Part shown: positions 51,131 to 64,000 of the stretch, one piece after another
Position numbering within the stretch: the stretch's first letter is position 1
Layout: each line of letters begins with the position of its first letter
Assembly: GCF_009914755.1 (NCBI RefSeq)
Contig: NC_060938.1
Length of the DNA: 64,000 nucleotides
Direction: 5' to 3' (one strand)
From: the human T2T-CHM13v2.0 reference genome, Homo sapiens
Made by a program: the position numbers and the translations under genes
Notes under the pieces: model-generated
Database searches by the model: none
The model's input: the letters and a program-made list of their open reading frames with translations, nothing else
Told to the model about the DNA's origin: nothing

Positions 51131-51659
51131 GGTTATAAGGTATTACACAAAACTTTAAAATGAGTTGCCAAAAGGAGGAAGCTGTGAAACTAGTGAAGAT
51201 GACGATTTTGCATGGACTAATTTTGAAAATTCTTGGGGAAAAGTATCAACTGTAAGGCTGATTTTCAAATAAGCCCAGTGACACTTTATTGGAACTGAAG
51301 AGGGGGAATGCCTTACAATGTGAGGACTGTTATATTTCGGTTTGGTTAAAATCAACAATAATTGAAGGATGTTTTTTCAATAATAACATTTTTGTTAAGT
51401 TTATATCACTATTTCAAATATATTTACTTTAGACATACTGGGATTGTCATCAAATCATGTTTTGGAGGAACAAAAGAAACTCATGATTTGATTTTTTATT
51501 TGCCATTTATTTCAAATTAATCTCATAAATTTTGTACACAATAGAGGAATAAGTATAAATTTAAATATATGCACATATATTTGTATGGGATATTTTCTAG
51601 TGGACATCTGTTAAATTTAACATTTTGATCATCATACACATTAGTTAATACTACTTTTA

Positions 51660-51780
51660 ACAATAATACTATTATTTAATGATAATATTGAACATTTGTG
51701 AGCACTTACTATGGTTCAAGCTATATATAGTAGTTTCTCTGTCTCTCTTCATATCAGTCTCAAGAATCCTGCCAATTTAA
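51660..51780 (-). mobile_element. MIR fragment
   Basis: aacatttgtgagcacttactatg...agtctcaagaatcctg. Confidence 0.55.
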
Positions 51781-53069
51781 AAGTCTTTTTTTAGCTATTT
51801 TTATTTTTTGTTAACATTTTCAATATGGTTTTTAAAAATGTGTTAGGATTCCAAATTTTCAGGCACTGAAAAATGTTTTCAAACATGGATTAATGAGCAT
51901 CATGGGATTATCTGAGAATGTGAGAGAAAGATAATGACCTCTCTAATTCACAAAGTCACTGCATTTATTTCTTTATTTATTCAAATCTTGTAGAGAATGT
52001 TCTGTCTCTGGCTCTGTAAGAGCACCATCTGGTGGTATCCAAGTCTTTTAAGACAATCTGTAGACATCATTACCAACGGTTTTGTGGGGTACAGCGCTAA
52101 ACTTGTTAGAATGTAGATTTATATTTCTTTTGATTCTTTTTTGTTCTAAGTTTCACAAGACAATTATTTATTATTTTGAGTGAATAACTTACACATAAAA
52201 TCAAATCCCATGTATGAAGTACATAAAAGTCTATTTTTCCCTCAGGAGAAAAAAAAAAAAAACAAAAACTACTTTTCCTTATTATTGAGTATTGGGCAGA
52301 AAAGTTTACAATGGCTAGGACTAGCTAAAGTATAGAAAAATCAACTTGATTCAAATTTAAATATGCACAACCTCTTAGGGTTAGAGTTAGAAGACGACAA
52401 GCTGTTAATACTCCAACAGGGTTCATTGCCAAGCATTCTAGGTATTCTAATACTTTGTAGTTTCAAAATAAGTAACAATTTCAATAATTTTCCACTGAAA
52501 ATACTACTAAATGTTGGGATGATTTTACTGAACTTTTGAAACACTTGTTACATTCACAGTCTTGCCAGGACAATCCTCACAGATATATATTTTATGCAAA
52601 AGAATGTCTACAGTGGTGAATAGCTTACCAGCTTGTGACAAAATATAATTCCAATAGAATTTGATAGCAAATTTAACCAAAAATAATCATCCAATATTCT
52701 ATTCATAATATATTTTGTTAAAAAAATAAAATTTTCTAGAGAAATACATATGGATTTATAATATCTACAGAGAAATAACACAAATGTTATGTAAGTGGAA
52801 AATTATAATTTATTAGAATACAAAGAACCAATTCTCATAGATTTAAATTTTTTCTATGTTAAAATAATAGTCAATATTTCTTTCTTTATGGCTAATTAAA
52901 GTTGTACTTGTTCTTCTGTATCAGTGATAATTAAAACTTAGATACGTAAGTACATTTTGTAAATTTTGAGACAAGAAAATTTATTCCCAATATATTCTCT
53001 AGGATTGAAAATATTATTAGTTACTTTATGTAAATTTTCACTCTTTTTATTTGCAAACTAAAAACATAG

Positions 53070-53312
53070 CTATAGTAAAAGACCATGGGTGAAGAATTTA
53101 AGTTCTGAAATAAAGTTGTTTGGGTTTGAATCTTGCTCTTTTTTAGCTATGTGCTCTTAGACAAATTACTTCTATAGGGCACTATCTATAAAATGCTGAT
53201 AACAACTCCAGTCTAAGGCTGTAATAAGTATTAAACAATTTAAACCAGTCAAGAATTTGAAGTTGTACTTACTTTTATCAAGCATTAAATAAAGGTTAGC
53301 TAGTAACTATTG
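53070..53312 (+). mobile_element. MIR
   Basis: tgggtttgaatcttgctct...agctatgtgctcttagacaaattactt...ctataaaatg...aagcattaaataaaggttagct. Confidence 0.7.
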
Positions 53313-53659
53313 AAATGTTTTCATAAGAGGTATTCAGTTATGACTCCACTTTGCATTTTCCTGTGGAAATATATTTAACTAATATTCCATTTGTTGGTTG
53401 ATTCATTGTAAGAGTCACTTATGAAATATAAAATGCATTTCTATGGCACAGCTTCCTAGCACTACTGAGGATGAATTCCACATGCCATGATCATTGGCTA
53501 CCAAAGTCCCTGGGCTTTATTCCACTATCTGTGAAAACGCTGTCTGTCACATTGGTATGTTGAATACATATTTCTGTATCTTGTATGTATCATGACATGT
53601 TAGTGTTTGTATGAATGACATGAAGCAATTTCTATCACCAGATTTGTCATATTTAAAGC

Positions 53660-55441
53660 CACAACAGAACAAAATACCTAGATATACAGGTAACCAAGGA
53701 TGTAAAAGATCTATCTATTCAACGAAAATTGCAGAACAGTACTGAAAGAAATCAGAGATGACACAAACAAATGGAAAAATACTCTAAGATCATGGACAGG
53801 AAGAATCAATATTGTAAAAACAGACATACAGCCCAAAGTAATTTAGAGATTCAATGCTATTCCTATCAAACTATAAACATCATTTTTCATAGAATTAGAA
53901 AAAGCTACCTAAAATTCATATGGAACAAAAAAGAGCCTGAATAGCCAAAGCAATCCTAAGCAAAAAGAACAAAGCCAGAAATATCAAATGACTTTACTTC
54001 AAACTATACTACAAGACTTCAGTAACCAAAACATCATGATATTGATACAAAAATAGACACACAGACAAATAGAACAAGTTAGAAAACCTGGAAATAAAAC
54101 TGCACACCTACAACCGTCTGATTTTTGACAAAGTCGACAGAAACAAGCAATGGGGAAAGGACTCTGTATTCAATAAATGATGCTGGGATAATACAGGCTG
54201 GTCACTGCAGAAGATTGAAACTGGACCCCTTTCTTTCACCACAAACAAAAATCAACTCAAGATGGTTTAAAGACTAAAATGTAAAACTTCAAACTATAAA
54301 AACCCTAGAAGAAAAACTATAAAATACTATTTTGGACATAGGCCTTGAAAAAGATTTCATGACAAAGACTCGAAAAGCAAATGCAACAGAAAGAAAAATT
54401 GAAAAATGGGACCTAATTAAACTAAAGAGCTTTTGCACAACAAAGGAAACTATCAACAGAGTAAACAGAAAACCTATAGAATGGGAGAAAATATGTGTAA
54501 ACTATGTATTCAACAAAAGCCTAATATCCAGAATCTATAAAAAAAAACTTGGACAAATCAACAAACAAAAAACAAACAACCCCATTAAAAAGTGGGCAAA
54601 GGACATGAACAGTCACTTCTCAAAAGAAGACATACAAATGGCCAACAAACATTAATACTCATCACTAATCATTAGAGAAATGCAAATCAAAACCACAATG
54701 AGATATCATCTCATACCAGTTAGAATGGCTATTATAAAAAGTCAAAAAATAATACATGGTGGTGAGGATGTAAAGAAAAGAGAATGGTTATATGCTGCTG
54801 ATGGGAATGTAATTAGTTCAGCCATTGTGAAAAGCAGTTTGGAGATTTCTCAAAGAACTTAAAACAGAACTACCTTTTTACCTAACAATCCCATTACTGG
54901 GTATGTACCTAACGGAGTATATATTGTTGTACCAAAAAGACACATGCATTTGTATGTTCATAACAGCACTTTTTACAATAGCAAAGACATGGAATAAACT
55001 TAGATGCCCATGAATACTGGACTTGGTAAAGAAAATGTGGTACATTTACACCATGTAATACTATGCAGCCATAAAAAAAAAAATAAAATCATGTCTTTTC
55101 CTGAAACATGGATACAGCTGGAGGCCAATATCTAAGGGAAATAGTGCAAGAAGAGAAAACCAAATGCTGCATATTCTCACTTATAAGTGGGATCTAAATG
55201 TTGCATACATATGAACACAAAGAAGGGAATAATAGACTCCAGGGCTTACTTAAGGGTGAAGTGTGGGTGGAAGGAGGGTGAGGATGGAAAAACTACCAAG
55301 CTGGTATTATGTTCACTGCCTGGGGGACAAAATCATTTGTGCACCAAACCCCAGCAACACGCAATTTACACATGAAACAAATCTGCACACATACCTTCTG
55401 AACCTAAAGTAAAAGTTGGGAGGAAAAATAAATAAATAAAA
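53660..55441 (+). mobile_element. 5'-truncated L1PA15-17-like element (ORF2 3' part, 3'UTR, tail)
   Basis: ORF 54332-54655 ([33 protein letters not shown]) and 54680-54862 are ORF2p C-terminal; 3'UTR ...caccaaaccccagcaacacgcaattt...; tail aaaataaataaataaa. Confidence 0.93.
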
Positions 55442-57291
55442 CTCACCATATTTAAAAAGAGTAGTTATACATATTTCAATAATCCATTATATTGTTGGGA
55501 AGACTTAGGGGTGTATAACACACCAATATTATATCCAAACAAACTCTAAATTAGTCAGATATTTTAAGTGAATAGTTCTTACATACATATTTATGTAATT
55601 CTAGTGAGTATCTTTGATTGCCTCAGGGAAGGATAAAAAACCATTGCCAATTTTCTTTACTGATAGTTGAACTTTCCATAATAACGCCAGCTGTTTAAAC
55701 TCTAGATTTTCTCATGAAAATATGTTGTTTCTGGTAAGCCTCAACAGCTTTTATTTACCTGCTTAGAAAAATGTGTCTGTTTTAATTCTATGGTTCTTTG
55801 AAATCAACTTTACAACGTTTGACTCACTATTGATTTTTATTTTTGTTTTTAGATAGCATATCATCTAAATACATTTTATCATTTTATTTTAGCTACGACC
55901 CAGCAAATCAAAACAACAATTTATGTACCAAGCAAATTAAATTTCCATCTATGAGACAAATTCAGAACAATAAAAATTGAAATGATAAACTGGGTGTGTT
56001 CAAGGAGTTTTTGTATGTGAATATATAGTCTAAGCCAGAGTTCAATTATTCTATTTTGAAAATTATCAAGTTAATGGAAAAAAACTTTGCACCAAAACAA
56101 TTGTACTTTCTAAGATCTGGACATAACCAAATAATTTAGTAGGTTCAATATTTTTCCATCTGATATTTGCATATATGTGTTTATTATCTAAGGATAATAA
56201 TGTTTAAATAGGAATAAAATTTTATAGAGCAAGACATTACAGAAATGAGTTGTGTACAAATAAAGCAGAAATAAACTAAGGTTATCTAAAAGTATAATGA
56301 ACTGTTGATTAATAATACATTAGCAGTTAACACAAAAATCAAATTAGTCATCTAAAGAAGTTTGCATATATATGTTGCTCTTGTCATTGATGGGGCTGTA
56401 ATAGGTTTTAAAGCAAGTATGCCTGTATGATGAGTTCATCTGGTATTCAGTGTAATAGCACAGATAATAATGAAGTCATTTGGCTTCCATTATATAAACA
56501 TTAGATAATGGATACCTATATTAAAATGCAACTCTTATGTTTGTGCTTATTTTTGTCTTCATTTGTACATAGTACTAAATCTTAAAATTGAGCTTTCATG
56601 CAGCTTGTTGACATTTATAACTCTGGATTTTGAGTGACTTTTATGAACAAAAGCATCTCATTACATTGCTTTAGATTCTAAGATAAACAACAATTGGATT
56701 TCTTAAAAAGGGCATCGTTTATGGTTATTACCTAGTTATCTAATCTTATTTTCCCCATCCCACTTTTTGCTACTTTTTTGTATTGGAAGCAGGCATTCAC
56801 AATAACATCTTGAGAAAATATACCAGTACACAAGATCTTTGAAATGTTTCATTTTATGTTTTATTCCTCAAGTTATTTGGTTTGTTTGTTTCTTATGACA
56901 AATATATTTTTTAGAAACCAAAGATCATTAAACAAAAATAAGATGAAAGTTGATATTTCAAAATTTAAATAAAATATTTTCCTCCCAGAGGCCTCCACAG
57001 CTGACTTATAATGGTTAAACAATGAAAAGTACTTTCAGATGTTTTTTCTATTGGATGTCATTGGTTATTTTTTACCATATGAAGTGGTATAAACTCTTTT
57101 TGTGAGGAGGGCAGGATTGCACTTGCTGTTTTTCTCCATGTTTATGCTTCTATTAAATTGCCTATCTCAGAATTTGAAAGCATGAACTATGGCTGATTTA
57201 CCGATTGCAAAAACAAGCAGATCTAATCAAACATATTAAATTTTTTCCTATATGTTTATACGTTCTTGTATATTCTTGTAAATCCTCATTG

Positions 57292-57351
57292 ATATATATA
57301 TATATGTATATACACACACATATACACACATATATATATACACACACACAG
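57292..57351. repeat. Compound (TA)n/(CA)n microsatellite
   Basis: Direct inspection. Confidence 0.9.
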
Positions 57352-57829
57352 ATAAATAGAAATTATATAGATGATTATAATAGTGTACTAAGTAACTATA
57401 ATGTCTGAAAGCAAATTGTACTGTGGAGCCACAGAAAATTTGGATTAATCTTAATTTTTCATGGCCTGTTGTAGAGAATTCCAAGATAGTTCTTACTTAA
57501 ATTACGGAGAGAATAGGAGGCTGAGATTAAACTCTTCTCCAAATGTCTTCTTTGTGTAATGAGAAAATCTTTAGTGCAAAAGAAGTCTCCAAAAAGTGTT
57601 AAAAATGAAAGAAAAAAAGAATTTGGTAGAAGGATCTTACAACTAAAGTATGGGGTTGGCAAATGGCCTTGTGTTTGATTACTCTCTTGTCCATTCTCTA
57701 AAACCTTTGAATATAAATCTCTTCTTCCTTCAGATTGAAATAGGAAGCCCTCTTTAACCCTTCCTGGGTTGGGTAATCCTCAGTTAGATTCTCATGTCTG
57801 TTCCTGCACTTAAATTAATACAACACGTT

Positions 57830-58670
57830 TTTTTATTTTAAATATATATGAAAAATCTAGCTTCACTTACACATATAGGTAATTGGGAAGGAGAAGAGTA
57901 TTTTAATTGCTGATTCAGATAATAGTGTATATTATTCTTTGGTGCTATAGCAAAATTCAACAATTGTAATTTTTATGGAGGTAATATATAGTATGAAACC
58001 TAATATCATATCAGTGAAGTTTGTGTACTCTGCTCTGTGAAAATCCATTGGTCTCTCATGCATTTTTAAATGAAATTTATTTTGGCATGACTTTGTCCTA
58101 TCATGCTTTGGTCATTTGGAAAATATAGGTTTGCTGAATTATACTGATATTTGTAATGGTGACTCATTTCATTCTAAAACACCAAAAACTTACCTTTGTC
58201 AATATCATAACTCTCATCAGAAAGGCCTTTAGTATAAGGAAGCTGTAAAGCTCAAGGTGGTAGATGCAAGTTTTCCAAAATTCCAATTTTCATTTATTGA
58301 ATTATTATCTAAAACAAATACTACTAATTGTTTTTCTTGAAGTGTCAGACTTAGTTTATTTTTTAGAAGACATCTACCAAATACTTATGTATGAATGGCT
58401 GCACACTGCCTGTCAATTGGCATTTCATATGAAGACAGTTTTGTATAAAAAAGAGGCACATAAGTACTTTACTTCATGACCACCATAATATGTAAGTATA
58501 CAGTGTTAGTTCTTTTTGCATACTTCCCTTTTTGTAACACAGAATATTAAACAGATACGTGCTCACATTATGATTTCATAAAATTAATTTTATTGCTTCA
58601 TTGAGGACAAATTTTAAGTGAAACTGGTTTTTCATTTTGTTTTTTCTTACTACAAATGTGTGGCAGTGCA
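57830..58670 (-). mobile_element. Charlie1-like hAT DNA transposon remnant
   Basis: Minus strand ~57860-57960 translates EFCYSTKE*YTLLSESAIKILFSFPITYMC, a decayed hAT C-terminal dimerisation motif; aaaatccattggtct and ggtcatttggaaaatat motifs. Confidence 0.8.
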
Positions 58671-58679
58671 GTATCAAAA

Positions 58680-58995
58680 TCATCAAAGTTAATATTGTCA
58701 ATGAAGGATAAAATTAATGTCACATTAGATTACTAGTATGATGCATTGAGATGGACACTATATCACTTCTATGGTATTCTCACCAAAAATTCATAACCCA
58801 AATTGAATCATGGGTAAACTTAAGACAAACCCAATTTGAAAATCAATCTGCAAAATAGTTGTCTGGTTGTCTTCTAGAGTCAAAGAAAAAAGCAGAAAAA
58901 GACTGAGTATTTGTTACAACATAAAGGAGACTAAGGAACATGATAGCTGAAGGAAAATGCTATTCTTGTTTGCAATCCAGACCAGAAAAATATTT
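58680..58995 (+). mobile_element. L1MC/L1ME 3' end fragment
   Basis: tatgatgcattgagatggacac..tcacttctatggtattct..caaaaattcataacc...gacaaaccca...aaggagactaaggaacatga. Confidence 0.7.
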
Positions 58996-61044
58996 CTCTT
59001 AAATTATAGTATGTTAAAGGAACAAAAGTAATACAGAAGGAATTCAGTTGTAAATATGCAATAAAATTATATACCATAATCATAATATTTTTCATAATTT
59101 ATTAAAAATAGAAGCACTAGGATATCAAAGGGATAGCAAATTTTAATAAATTATAAAATGTAGAGTACTAAGATAAAAACTCTAGAGAATGCCTAACAAC
59201 TTTAAGCATTAAACTGATTAGCAATATATAATTGAAATTTTATTAATTTCTAAATGTTAACTAATTCTTGAAAGAAAAAGTAAAAAAGAGCTCCAGGAAG
59301 TCATGTGGTAATACCTGATTTAATAGTTATCTATCTAGTGATGCCTTAGAAATAACAGAAATTAGGAGAATCAAAATATAAAGATTATCTATTTAAAAAA
59401 TTGAATTGCTTATAAAGACACTCCTCACTTCCTGGTCCCCATTCCTTATCACTCTCTCCTGAGATCATTTTTTGACACTTCTATGAATTTGATTGCTTGA
59501 ACAAGACTAAATACCATTGCTTCACTAGATACTTATTATCTGTCTGCTTATATTTACACAATATTCTGTGTATTCAGTATTTCTCTTTCAATTTTCCTCC
59601 TAGACTCTAGGCTACCTAGTATATAGGTAAAAATCATCTAGAAAGTCCAAAAGAAGTTTTCAGACACATCATTTATCCTTCAGGGTAAAGCAATACAACA
59701 ATGGTTTTTCTATAAACCTCTCTTTTTCTTTCCTATTAAAATAGAAAACACAGATGTCAGTCTTCTTGATTCTTGTCATAATTTTAATGGTAGTTTTTGG
59801 GATCTGTAGTGTAGAGTCTGTCTTTCATTCTTCCATTTGTTGATTTTATATATAATTTTCATACTTCTATTCAAAGGGTCTAAGCCCTTTTCTACATGAT
59901 TGATTGATATCAACAATAGTTTTCTCTGAAACTTCCAATGGGTGCTCCATGTGTTCTCACAAAAGTAGTGTATGCCTCTTCTTCCATCTTCTTGCAGCTC
60001 TTACTCTGGCTCACTTTGGCTCTACTTTACTGACATAGTGAACCCCTGAAGTAGCAGTTATCTTAATTACTCCTAAGAATTTTCTTTGTGAGATTACCAA
60101 TGCATATTCCAGGGTCTCAGACATTCCCAAAGCAGCCCTGAAATCTTTACTTATATTTGGAAAATGGCTCACTCCACAGGTCCATGCCACAGGTGATCAG
60201 TTGTTTCCTGAAGTAGTATTGTTTACTTCCTGAATATCCATGAATCTGGCAAGGATTAACATATTGGAAACAATACTCAAAAATCAAACAAAAATATTTG
60301 TTTGGTTGGAATGGGAAATAATTCAGCTGAGTCCCATCTCTGTATTTCTCTTGACCAACCTCTACTCCAAAAGTAACCAAAACCTAAAAATGTCTCTTGA
60401 CCAAAATGATAATTAGCTTCAATACACAATTTGATATATTTTACATACAACAATTTTCATTTACAAAATACAGAACATAAGCATTAAAATTTAAGTTGAT
60501 TTTGCAGCTTTAGAAATAAACAATGCTTTACATTTTTCACATTGGTAAATTACTTAAACAAAAATAATTTTGTCTGTAAGTAAATTTTAGTCTCCACTTC
60601 CAGAAAAATAAATTTGCATATAATTCTATTCACATTCTATTTCATTTTTCAATGTTTTTAAAACAGTAGTTGTTCAGATTCAGCCAGGAGATGGATTTGG
60701 AAAAATTCCTCACATTGAGTTCAGTCATTAAGGTTTGCTTAGGTCACAAAATAACAGATAATCTAATCCTGGCCCTTCTATTTACACATTATCTAGATTT
60801 CTAGGGTGGCACATAATGAGGAATATGTTCCAATATATTATGCCTCTCTTTCCCTTATAAATAATTACTGGTTCCGTGGCTAGCATAAGGGGCTATGAAA
60901 CTTGTCAGAGCCTTTTGTAAGTTGTGTCAGTCCTATTTAATTTGCAGTAATAAAAATTATTATAACCATAGTTTGTATTATTTATAACCATAGTTTGTAC
61001 TGTACTTCTGATTAAAAGTGTCTCTGAGGGTATTTTACTGAATG

Positions 61045-64000
61045 TGTAGATGACCTGATCAAAAGACATATGGTGACTGAACAATAAAAATTAAAACCCA
61101 ACTATATGCAGTCAACAAGAGACTCACTTTAGCTTTAAGGACACGCTTAAGCTAAAAGTGAACAGATGAAAAAAAGATATTCTATGCAAAAGGCAACTGA
61201 AAAAGAGCAGGGGTAGCTATATCAAAATGAAATAATAAACTGGAAAATCCACCAATCTGTGGAAATTAAACAACAAACTCCTGAACAGCTAGTGGGTCAA
61301 AGAAGAAATCAAAACATACATCTAAAAATATTATATATATATATATATATATGGAAATACAACATATCAAACATAGAGTATGCAGCAAAAATAGTTCTAA
61401 GAGGAAGATTTAGAGTAATAAATACCTATATTAAAAAAAGAAAAGCCTCAAACAAACAACCTAACTTTTCCCCGCAGGTAACTAAGAAAGCGAAGAAGAA
61501 GAAACTCAGTTTAAAGTTAGCAGAAGGAAGAAAATAACAAAGATCAAAGCAGAGATAAGTGAAATAGAGGCTAAAAAATCATAGAAAATATTAATGAAAC
61601 CAAAAGTTAATTTTTTGAAAAGATTAAAGAAAAAAGAATTTCCAAGCCTTTAGATAGACTATGAAAAAAGAGAAAAAACTAAAATCAATAGAATTAAAAA
61701 TGAAAGAAAAGATATTATAACTCTTATGACAGAGGTACAAAGGATCATAAGCAACTACTATAAACAATTATATGAGAACAAATTGGATAACCTAGAACTG
61801 GATAAATTCCTAGAAAGATACAACCTACTAAGACTGAATCATAAAGATATAGAAAATCTGAAACGACCAATACTGAGTAAGGGGACTGCATCAGATATCA
61901 AATCTTCTAACAAAGAGATGATTTTACTGCTGAATTTTTACCAAACATTTAAAGAAAAACTAATACCAATTCTCCTCAAACTTCTCTAAAAATTTTAAAA
62001 AGGCACATTTCCAAACTCATTTTATAAAAACTGCATTACCCCAGTATGAAAGCCAGATAAAGACACTACAAGATTAGAAAACTGTAGGCCAATATTCATG
62101 ATAAGCATAGTTGTAAGAAGATGCAACAAAATACTAGCAAACTGAATTCAACAGTATATCAAAAGGATCTTGTCTTGAAATCAAGTGGGAATTTCTCTTG
62201 GGATGCAAGAATGGCTCAACTTCTATGAACAAATAAATGCAATATACTACATTAACATAATAAAGGACAAAAACTATTTGATTATCACAATAGACACAGA
62301 AAATGCATTTGACACAATTCAACACCCTTTCATGGTGAAAATTCTCAACAAATTAGGAATAGAAAGAATATACTTCAACATAATAAAAGCTATATATGGC
62401 AATCCACAGATGACATAAACAACAGTCAAAACTGAAAAGCTCTACTTCTTAGGCAGAAAGAAGACAATGGTGCATACCTTAGACACCTTTGTTTAACATA
62501 GTACTAAGAAGTACCAAATCAAGCAATTAGGCAATGAAAAGAAACAAAAGGCATCAATATTGGAACAAAAAAAGCAAAATTATTTGTTTTCAGATGACAT
62601 GATCTTATATGTAGAAACCCCTAAAGACTCCACATAAAACTGTTAGCACTAATAGGTGAATATGGTAAAGTTACAGGATACAAAATCAATGTACAAAAAC
62701 TGGTAGTGTTTCTAGACACTAACAGTGAACTATACTAAAAGAAATCAGAAAACAATTCTATTTAACACAAATCAAAAATAATAAAACATTTAGAAATGAA
62801 CAAGGAGGTTAAAAATCTGTACACTGTAAGCTATGAAACATGGAAACTGAGGGAGACACAAATAAGTGGAAAGTTGTCTTGTGTTCAGTTATTATAGGAA
62901 TTTATATTTAAAAACGTTCATACTACCCAAAACAATCTACAGATTCAATGTAATCTGTATCAAAATTCTAATGGCATTCTTCACAGAAATAGAAAGATAT
63001 CCTAAAATTCTTGTGGAACCACCAAAAAACACCAAATAGCTAAAGTCATCCTGAGAAAGAAGAACAAAGCTGGAGGCATCACACTTCCTGATTTCAAATT
63101 ATATTGCAAAGCTATAATAATCAAAAACAATATGATATTGGCATAAAAATACATACAAAGACCAATGGAACAGAATAGAGAAGCCAGATAGAAACCTACA
63201 TATACACTATCAACTTATTTTTGACTAAGGAGCTGAGAATACACATGGGGGAAAAGAGTCTCAACAGTAAATGGTGTTGGGAAAACTGGTTGTCTACAAA
63301 CAAAAGAATGAAGTTGGACTCATATCTTATACCATACAAAAAATCAACTCAAAATGGATTAAAAATTTGAACAAAGGACCTAAAACCATAGAACTCTAAT
63401 AACAGAAAAATAAAGGAAAATGTCCTTCACATTTCCCTTAGCAATATTTTTTTTGTTATGACACCAAAAGCACAGGCAAATAAAAGCAACAATAAGTGGA
63501 ACTACACCAATTTAAAAAGTTTTTTTTCACAGCAAAGGAAACATCAAAAGAATGAGAAGGCAATCTAGGAAATGGGAAAAAATACTTGCAAATCATGTGT
63601 CTAATATGGCATTGACATCCAAAATACATAAGTAATTTATTCAAGTCAATAACAAATAATAATAATCCAGTTTAAAATGGGCAAAGGACTTGAATAGGCA
63701 ATTTTCAAAAGAAGATGTACAAATGATCTATACCTATATAATAAGGTGCTCAACATCACTAATCATCAGAGAAATGCAAATTAAATCTACAAGGAGATAT
63801 CACTTCATACCTGTTAAGGTGGCTATTCTCAGTAGGCCAAAAGATGAGGCATTGGTGAGATTGTGGAAAATGGGGAACCATTGTACACTGTTAGGAAGGT
63901 AAATTGGTAAAGCCGCTATGAAAAACAGTATGAAAGTTACCCCCAAAGTTAAAAGTAGAACAACCATATGATCCAGCAATCCCACCTCTGAGTCTAAATC
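61045..64000 (+). mobile_element. L1M (L1MA/L1MB-type) ORF2 relic running off the right edge
   Basis: ORF2p-like fragments 61726-61989 (YKQLYENKLDNLE), 62185-62418 (GMQEWLN, IDTENAFDTIQHPF) and 63690-63902. Confidence 0.9.

Noticed and set aside
53630-55460. TSD for the L1PA15-17 copy (catatttaaa or tcacca-attt on both sides)
   Set aside because: Two competing short, imperfect matches; cannot be assigned reliably.

Overview
AT-rich primate (very probably human or another great ape) intergenic or deep-intronic DNA, dominated by decayed transposable elements. No intact protein-coding gene, RNA gene or CRISPR array can be supported; essentially all listed ORFs are fragments of L1, Alu or LTR elements or read-throughs of microsatellites. 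Contents: a 5'-complete old primate L1 (1-5590, minus); a twin-primed (5'-inverted) L1MA with TSDs, an Alu-filled deletion and a 32-bp hairpin minisatellite (9251-11669); several more L1MB/L1MC/L1ME/L1PA relics; AluJ, FLAM, AluS and AluY copies; MIR and L2 fragments; DNA transposons (MER44A, Tigger4b, Charlie1); and a MaLR/ERV series (THE1A/B solo LTRs, full THE1C and MSTA elements, MLT1A0, MLT1D, LTR8, LTR16, LTR33 plus ERVL internal sequence). The most notable item is a ~308-bp non-repeat insert inside the MSTA internal region (32401-32708) with AATAAA, a short poly(A) and a ~15-bp TSD, i.e. an orphan retroposed mRNA 3' end. Also notable are a perfect 24-bp palindrome and a decayed 18-bp repeat in a unique island (~12.4-12.7 kb), and several local fold-back micro-inversions. 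I found no convincing new biological system. Subfamily names are recalled from consensus motifs and need RepeatMasker/Dfam confirmation.
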